Assembly (NCBI GenBank): GCA_913043225.1
Contig: CAJWLU010000001.1
Location: 376,865 to 440,864 of the forward strand
DNA length: 64,000 nucleotides
Source of the DNA: an uncultured Acidobacteriota bacterium
GTDB taxonomy: Bacteria > Acidobacteriota > Vicinamibacteria > Vicinamibacterales > UBA8438
Direction: 5' to 3'
Shown here: piece by piece, positions 59,101-64,000 of the stretch
Layout of the letters: the number at the start of each line of letters is the position of its first letter
Position numbering within the stretch: the first letter of the stretch is position 1
Notes under the pieces: model-generated
Database searches by the model: none
What the model saw: the letters and a program-made list of their open reading frames with translations, nothing else
Told to the model about the DNA's origin: nothing
Program-made: the position numbers and the translations under genes

Positions 59101-60486
59101 CCGGCCGACCCGCGAGAAGTCGTACTTCTGCTGGTTGAAGAACATGTTTTCGAACAGGGAGCGCGAGCTATCGAGGGTCGGCGGGTCCCCGGGACGAAGA
59201 CGCCGGTAGATCTCGATCAGCGCCTCCTCGTGCGTCCGTATGGTGTCCTTGCGAAGCGTGGTCGAGAGGACCGTGCCAATTTCGTCTCGCTCGGGGAAGA
59301 AGATCTCGAGCTCCTCGACTTGCTTCTCCTGAGCCATCGAGACGACCCGCTGGCTCAGCTCTTCGTTGGCCTCGAGAATCACCTCTCCGGTGGAAGGGTC
59401 GACCACATCAGTGGCGGCAAACCCGCCGTCGAACTCGGCCATGGGCAATGGCACCCATTCGAGACCTGCCTTCTTCATCGCCTCGAGTGTCGACTTGCCG
59501 ATCTTCTTCCCGGCCCCCACCTTGTGGCTGCCGTCGATCTTGATTTCCTCTTCGACGCGCCGCCCAAACAGGTCCGGCCCGACGGCCCACTGCGGCTTGG
59601 TTTCACGCAGCGAGATCCGGCTGACGGTGTAGAAGCTGCGAATGATCTCGTCGGCGCCGCGCAGGCCGAGCGCCCGGAGGAACACGCTGGCCAGGAACTT
59701 CCGTTTCCGGTCGATCCGGACATACAACAAGTTCTTGGTGTCGTATTCGAACTCCACCCAGGATCCGCGATACGGGATGATCTGGGCTACGAACAGCTGA
59801 CGGTCCTCGGAGTGGAAGAACGCGCCCGGCGATCGATGGAGCTGCGAGACGACGACGCGCTCGGTCCCGTTGATGATGAAGGTCCCGTTGTCGGTCATCA
59901 GTGGGACATCACCGAAGTAGACTTCCTGCTCCTTGATGTCCCTGATCGTCTTGACCCCGGTCTCGGCGTCCTTATTCCAGACGACGAGACGGATGGTCAC
60001 CTTCAGCGGCACGGCATAGGTCATGCCGCGCTCCTGACACTCTTCGACGTCGTACTTGAGCTTCAGGCTGACAGTGTTCTCGCAGACCTCGCACACCACC
60101 CCACGAGCGCCGTTGGCGGTGCCGCACTTGGGGCAGAGCACCTCGTGCTCACCGTAGGGATCAGCCTCGAGAGTATGACCACAGGACGAGCACGGCTGGC
60201 GCAGCTGGTGCAAGCCGGTCAAACGGCCGCACTTACACTCCCAGTTCCCAATCGAGTAATCGATGAACTCGAGCGACGAGTTCTCTCTGAAGTCACTAAT
60301 CGGAAACACCGACTTGAACACCGACTGCAGACCAGCATCGTCGCGTTCGGACGGCAGCCGGGTCATCTGCAGGAAGCGCTCGTAGGACTTCTTCTGAATC
60401 TCGATCAAATTGGGGATGGGAATCGTCGTCCGGATCTTTGAAAACTCGACTCGTTCCCGGTAGACGTTCTTGGGCTGACTCTGCAT
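56161..60486 (-). CDS. rpoB: RNA polymerase beta subunit
   Basis: [34 protein letters not shown]. Confidence 0.99.
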   Translation of the reverse strand: MQSQPKNVYRERVEFSKIRTTIPIPNLIEIQKKSYERFLQMTRLPSERDDAGLQSVFKSVFPISDFRENSSLEFIDYSIGNWECKCGRLTGLHQLRQPCSSCGHTLEADPYGEHEVLCPKCGTANGARGVVCEVCENTVSLKLKYDVEECQERGMTYAVPLKVTIRLVVWNKDAETGVKTIRDIKEQEVYFGDVPLMTDNGTFIINGTERVVVSQLHRSPGAFFHSEDRQLFVAQIIPYRGSWVEFEYDTKNLLYVRIDRKRKFLASVFLRALGLRGADEIIRSFYTVSRISLRETKPQWAVGPDLFGRRVEEEIKIDGSHKVGAGKKIGKSTLEAMKKAGLEWVPLPMAEFDGGFAATDVVDPSTGEVILEANEELSQRVVSMAQEKQVEELEIFFPERDEIGTVLSTTLRKDTIRTHEEALIEIYRRLRPGDPPTLDSSRSLFENMFFNQQKYDFSRVGRLKLNTKLSLDTPLDEKVLHPPDFYAVIKYLLALRRTPTNADDIDHLGNRRVRSVGELLENQFRIGLVRMERAIKEKMSVYQEMATAMPHDLINAKPVMAAIREFFGSSQLSQFMDQTNPLSEITHKRRLSALGPGGLSRERAGFEVRDVHPTHYGRICPIETPEGPNIGLISSLSCYARINEFGFIESPYRRIREDRATDYVQITNAGGTKYQVGDIVEINEVEKASAAAKSKKRKGAEFEPYSFYLSAWEEDQYIIAQANARLDDKGNLIDPRVNARQAGDFILAPRDRVEFIDVSPKQLVSVAASLIPFLEHDDANRALMGSNMQRQAVPLLQARSPFVGTGMEHITARDSGAVVSARRTGTVDYVDSQRVVVRVEGESGEMSREMGADIYSMTKFRRSNQNTCINQKPIVRVGDRVAKGQVLADGPCTELGELALGRNVLVAFMPWRGYNFEDAILVSERMVKEDYYTSIHIEEFETESRDTKLGPEEITRDIPNVSEGFLKDLDDSGIIRIGAYVKPGDILVGKVTPKGETQLTPEEKLLRAIFGEKAGDVRDASLLCPPGIDGIIVGVKIFSRKGIEKDDRAKAIEAEELDMMEKNLEDEIRILHEEVKKRVSVKLDGQALGADLFDDDGREKLATKGTALSAELLRELPYSAIMRIRISGRSRELEQELRHLEERTERQVEVIRQMFEEKKEKIRRGDELPPGVIKLVKVYVAMKRKLSVGDKMAGRHGNKGVIARVLPEEDMPHLPDGTPVEIVLNPLGVPSRMNVGQILETHLGWAAHALGMHFATPVFDGATEEEIKGWLEKAGLPSGGKSRLVDGMTGEEFEQDVTVGYIYMLKLSHLVDDKIHARSIGPYSLITQQPLGGKAQFGGQRFGEMEVWALEAYGAAHILQELLTAKSDDVTGRAKIYEAIVKGDASFTPGLPESFNVLIRELQALCLDVELLKTRQLAAVLPEGEEDAEGEAEAAPALDKA

Positions 60487-60575
60487 TCTGGAACACCCTC
60501 GGTCGAGCACGCCGTATCTTCATGAAACCGCAACCGGCCGGAACAGTCTTGACACCCGCTCAGGCCAGTCACACG

Positions 60576-60607
60576 AACAACCAACGCGATGGACTGAAGC
60601 CCATCGC
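60576..60607 (-). terminator. candidate rplL-rpoB attenuator hairpin
   Basis: Minus strand GCGATGGGC-TTCA-GTCCATCGC followed by GTTGGTTGTT. Confidence 0.5.
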
Positions 60608-60625
60608 CGTCTTGCTCGGCGGCGT

Positions 60626-61015
60626 CTACTTGAGCTCGGCCTTAGCGCCCACTTCCTCGAACTTCTTGACGATCGCTTCGGCCTCGTCCTTGGGAATCCC
60701 TTCCTTGATCGCCTTGGGAGCACTCTCGACCAGATCCTTCGCTTCCTTCAGCCCGAGGCTGGTGACCTCGCGAACGGCCTTGATTACATTGATCTTCTTG
60801 GCTCCGACCTCGGTCAATGTAACCGTGAACTCGGTCTGCTCTTCGGCTGCTTCACCGCCGCCCGCGGCGGGAGCGCCCCCGGCCACGGCCACCGGCATCG
60901 CCGCGGCGGCCGACACCCCGAGTTCCTCTTCGAGGGTCTTGACCAGCTGCGACAACTCCAGCACGGAGATGCCCTTGATGTACTCGACGACCTGTTCCTG
61001 CGTCACGTCAGCCAT
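60626..61015 (-). CDS. rplL: 50S ribosomal protein L7/L12
   Basis: [32 protein letters not shown]. Confidence 0.99.
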   Translation of the reverse strand: MADVTQEQVVEYIKGISVLELSQLVKTLEEELGVSAAAAMPVAVAGGAPAAGGGEAAEEQTEFTVTLTEVGAKKINVIKAVREVTSLGLKEAKDLVESAPKAIKEGIPKDEAEAIVKKFEEVGAKAELK

Positions 61016-61055
61016 GTTTACTCCTTGAATCACTTCTCAGTAGACGATCGCTCGT

Positions 61056-61586
61056 CTATTCCGAATCCTGCTTCTTCTTTTCCGCCTGGGTCAGCACGCT
61101 AAGCAAGTCACGCGGCACCGCGCTAAGCACCCTGACAAACTGAGTCGGCGGCGCCTGAAGCTGCATGAGCAACGTCGCCTGCAGCTCTTCCTTGCTGGGC
61201 AGAGTGGCGAGGCTCTTGACCTCAGCCGGCGCCATCTGGCGACCCGAGACCATCCCACTCTTGACCTTAAGCTCGGGGGCATCTTTAGCGAACGTCACCA
61301 GCGCCTTGGCGAGCCCGACGGGATCATCCTTGCTGTAGGCGATCGCCGTCGAGCCTTTGAACTCGTCCGACAGCGGTTCGAACACCGTGCCGGCAATCGC
61401 CCGCTTGGCCAGGCGGTTCTTGATTACCTGATAGTGACCGTTGACGGCTCGCACCTGGCGACGAAGCTCGTTGGCCTGCGGAACGTCCAGCCCGGTGAAG
61501 TCAAGCAGCACCATGCTGTCCACGTTGGTCAGGGCCTCGGTCAGCTCCTGGACCGCCCCTTCCTTGGCGCTTCTACTGAGCGGCAT
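61056..61586 (-). CDS. rplJ: 50S ribosomal protein L10
   Basis: DFTGLDV..LRR, KNRLAKRA, LATLPSKEEL. Confidence 0.98.
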   Translation of the reverse strand: MPLSRSAKEGAVQELTEALTNVDSMVLLDFTGLDVPQANELRRQVRAVNGHYQVIKNRLAKRAIAGTVFEPLSDEFKGSTAIAYSKDDPVGLAKALVTFAKDAPELKVKSGMVSGRQMAPAEVKSLATLPSKEELQATLLMQLQAPPTQFVRVLSAVPRDLLSVLTQAEKKKQDSE

Positions 61587-61623
61587 CTCTCTGGATATCC
61601 TTCACATCCACCCGCGACGGGCG

Positions 61624-62325
61624 CTACTTCGCGGCCGCCTCGATGTTGGCGGCGTCGATCTTGATCCCCGGGCCCATCGTGGAGGCCAGCGTTAAACTCT
61701 TCACATACTTGCCCTTGGCGGCAGACGGCTTGGCGCGAATCACGCTGTCGATGAGCGCCTGAGCGTTCTCTACCAACCGCTCGGCATCAAACGAACTCTT
61801 GCCGATCGCGGCGTGGATCACTCCGGCTTTGTCCACGCGATAGGCAACCTTACCAGCCTTGATCTCGTTGACCGCCTGGGCCACCTCGAAGGTCACAGTC
61901 CCAGTCTTCGGATTCGGCATCATGCCGCGCGGACCCAGCACCTTGCCGAGCTTGCCGACCACCCGCATCATGTCGGGCGTGGCGATGACGGAATCGAACT
62001 CGAGCCAGCCGCCCTGGATCTTCTCGACCATCTCCTCACCGCCCACGACGTCGGCGCCCGCATCCTCGGCTTCTTTCTGCTTCTCGCCGGCGGCCACCAC
62101 GAGCACCCGCTTCGACTTGCCGAGGCCATTAGGCAGGATCACGGTGCCGCGCACCATCTGGTCGGCATGCTTGGGGTTGACCCCCAGCCGCATGGCCATC
62201 TCGATCGACTCGTCAAACCCGGCAAACCTCACACTCTGGGCCAGCGGAATCGCCTCCTCGAGGCTGTACAGCCGGTCTTCGACCTGGGCGACGGCAGCGG
62301 CGAACTTCTTTCCGTTCTTGGGCAT
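61624..62325 (-). CDS. rplA: 50S ribosomal protein L1
   Basis: [27 protein letters not shown]. Confidence 0.99.
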   Translation of the reverse strand: MPKNGKKFAAAVAQVEDRLYSLEEAIPLAQSVRFAGFDESIEMAMRLGVNPKHADQMVRGTVILPNGLGKSKRVLVVAAGEKQKEAEDAGADVVGGEEMVEKIQGGWLEFDSVIATPDMMRVVGKLGKVLGPRGMMPNPKTGTVTFEVAQAVNEIKAGKVAYRVDKAGVIHAAIGKSSFDAERLVENAQALIDSVIRAKPSAAKGKYVKSLTLASTMGPGIKIDAANIEAAAK

Positions 62326-62352
62326 GGTTGCTCTTCCGGGCCAGCGCCTCGG

Positions 62353-62778
62353 CTAGCCCTCGACCTCAATTCCCATCGACCGCGCGGTGCCCGACACCAC
62401 CTTGACCGCACCGGCAAGGTCGGTACAGTTGAGATCCGGCATCTTGGTTTTAGCGATCTCCTCGACCTGGGCCACCGTCACCTTCCCTACCTTCTCGCGA
62501 TTGGGCTCTCCGGAGCCCTTCGCAATGTTAGCGGCCCGCTTGAGCAAGACGGCCGCTGGGGGCGTCTTGGTGATGAAGCTCAGCGTCCGGTCGGCATAGA
62601 TCGTCACTACCGCCGGGATGATCAGCCCCTCCTGGTTGGCCGTCTTCGCATTGAAGGCCTTGCAGAAGTCCATGATGTTGACGCCGTGCGGGCCGAGCGC
62701 CGTCCCCACGGGCGGCGCGGGTGTCGCCTTGCCGGCGGCGATCTGGAGCTTGACTTGACCGATGACCTTCTTCGCCAT
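62353..62778 (-). CDS. rplK: 50S ribosomal protein L11
   Basis: [26 protein letters not shown]. Confidence 0.99.
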   Translation of the reverse strand: MAKKVIGQVKLQIAAGKATPAPPVGTALGPHGVNIMDFCKAFNAKTANQEGLIIPAVVTIYADRTLSFITKTPPAAVLLKRAANIAKGSGEPNREKVGKVTVAQVEEIAKTKMPDLNCTDLAGAVKVVSGTARSMGIEVEG

Positions 62779-62796
62779 GCTGTAGGTGCCTTCGCG

Positions 62797-63339
62797 CTAG
62801 AGCTTCTCCACTTGGAGGAAGTCCAACTCGACCGGTGTCGAGCGGCCAAAGATCGTCACCATGACCTTCAGGGTGTTCCGATCCAGGTTGACGTCCTCAA
62901 CCGTGCCATTGAAGCTCGTGAACGGCCCCTCGTTAATTCGAACCTGATCGCCCTTTTCGAACGTGTACTTAGGCTTCGGCTTCTCAGCCGCCACCGTCAC
63001 CTGGTGCAGGATGTTGTCAACCTCTTCTCGAGTGAGCGGTGTCGGCTTCGACCCTGCGCCCACGAACCCGGTGACCTTCGGGGTGTTTCGCACCACATGC
63101 CAGGCATCGTCCGACATGTTCATCTCAACCAGGATGTAACCGGGAAAGAAGCGCTTCGAACTAACCACGCGCTTACCCCCGCGCATCTCGACCACGTCCT
63201 CGGTCGGGATGAGCACCTCGCCAATCTCGTCCTGCAGCCCATAGGCCTGCACCCGCTGCTGCAGCGACTCCGACACCTTATTCTCGAAGCCCGAGTAGGT
63301 GTGAACGATGTACCACTGCTTAGTGATGACGTCGGTCAT
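62797..63339 (-). CDS. nusG: transcription elongation factor NusG
   Basis: [29 protein letters not shown]. Confidence 0.99.
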   Translation of the reverse strand: MTDVITKQWYIVHTYSGFENKVSESLQQRVQAYGLQDEIGEVLIPTEDVVEMRGGKRVVSSKRFFPGYILVEMNMSDDAWHVVRNTPKVTGFVGAGSKPTPLTREEVDNILHQVTVAAEKPKPKYTFEKGDQVRINEGPFTSFNGTVEDVNLDRNTLKVMVTIFGRSTPVELDFLQVEKL

Positions 63340-63593
63340 GACGCTCCAAACGCCGAGAAGAGCATCCTGGCCAGTGTCGTCAGGACCAGATCGATGCTCC
63401 ACAGATAGACGCCGAAAAACACCGACGTCAGGATCACAACGAGGGTGGTCGCGTAGACCTCCTTACGGGTGGGCCAGGTCACTCGCTCCATCTCGTTCTT
63501 GACCTGGGCAAGAAACACCCGACTCCGACCGACCCAGCCAGACACCTGCGACGAGACTTCCTTCACGTTGTCGAGTCGTGCTGTCTTCGCCAC
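63336..63593 (-). CDS. secE: preprotein translocase SecE
   Basis: [12 protein letters not shown] plus one TM; between tRNA-Trp and nusG. Confidence 0.96.
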   Translation of the reverse strand: MAKTARLDNVKEVSSQVSGWVGRSRVFLAQVKNEMERVTWPTRKEVYATTLVVILTSVFFGVYLWSIDLVLTTLARMLFSAFGAS

Positions 63594-63684
63594 TGTCGCC
63601 CTTCTCTTACTCTTACTCTCACCAGGGTCTTACCTGGGCTCCACTCCGGACCCCCGCCGGGGCTCGCGGGGTCCCGCGCGAATC

Positions 63685-63760
63685 TGGCAGGCCAGGAGGG
63701 AATCGAACCCCCAACCCCCGGTTTTGGAGACCGGTGCTCTGCCAATTGAGCTACTGGCCT
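63685..63760 (-). tRNA. tRNA-Trp (CCA)
   Basis: AGGCCAGTAGCTCAATTGGCAGAGCACCGGTCTCCAAAACCGGGGGTTGGGGGTTCGATTCCCTCCTGGCCTGCCA, 76-nt cloverleaf with encoded CCA end. Confidence 0.98.
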
Positions 63761-63792
63761 ATGGTTCCCGGGCGCTCGCCCGTCCCCAAGCT

Positions 63793-63942
63793 CTACTTCG
63801 ACTCTCGATGCACGGTGTGCGATCGACAGAACCGGCAGTACTTCTTGAACTCTAGCCGACCAGTGCTCTTACGCTTGTTCTTGGTCGTGCTGTAGTTCCG
63901 CCGCTTGCAGTCGTTACACGCCAACAACACGATGTCCCGCAT
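63793..63942 (-). CDS. rpmG: 50S ribosomal protein L33 (below ORF-track cutoff)
   Basis: Hand translation [49 protein letters not shown]. Confidence 0.97.
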   Translation of the reverse strand: MRDIVLLACNDCKRRNYSTTKNKRKSTGRLEFKKYCRFCRSHTVHRESK

Positions 63943-63945
63943 GGG

Positions 63946-64000
63946 CTACTCCACGATGTCGGTGATGGTGCCCGAGCCAACCGTGCGGCCACCTTCGCGA
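63946..64000 (-). CDS. tuf: elongation factor Tu, second copy, 3' end only
   Basis: 55 nt identical to 47271-47325, encoding [17 protein letters not shown]. Confidence 0.95.
   Translation of the reverse strand, partial: REGGRTVGSGTITDIVE

Overview
GC-rich bacterial chromosome segment, most likely Acidobacteriota (Vicinamibacteria-like). This is inferred from the Cys-rich N-terminal RpoB insertion, the OmpA/PKD protein and the pilin locus style. The right half (31.1-64 kb, minus strand) is one uninterrupted translation/transcription supercluster: tuf (second copy, partial), rpmG, tRNA-Trp, secE, nusG, rplKAJL, rpoBC, rpsLG, fusA, tuf, then the S10, spc and alpha operons ending at rplQ. The left half holds truB-rpsO-pnp, an M48 peptidase, smc, an S41 protease, tatA/tatC, an OmpA-like protein, a stand-alone POTRA-like protein, archaeal-type proS and aroB. 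It also has a type IV pilin locus (pilin, VKOR-DsbA fusion, PilHI/PilG-like ABC module, pilD), a pyruvoyl arginine decarboxylase coupled to an outer-membrane beta-barrel, a Yip1/MFP/MacB-like exporter cluster without an ATPase, and an EF-G paralogue. No CRISPR array, IS element or prophage was seen. The best leads are the pilin operon with an embedded disulfide catalyst, a degenerate IF-1 at the canonical infA position, long structured leaders (rpsL, smc, pnp) and acidic tails on exit-tunnel ribosomal proteins. All homology calls are by eye from motifs; no searches were run.
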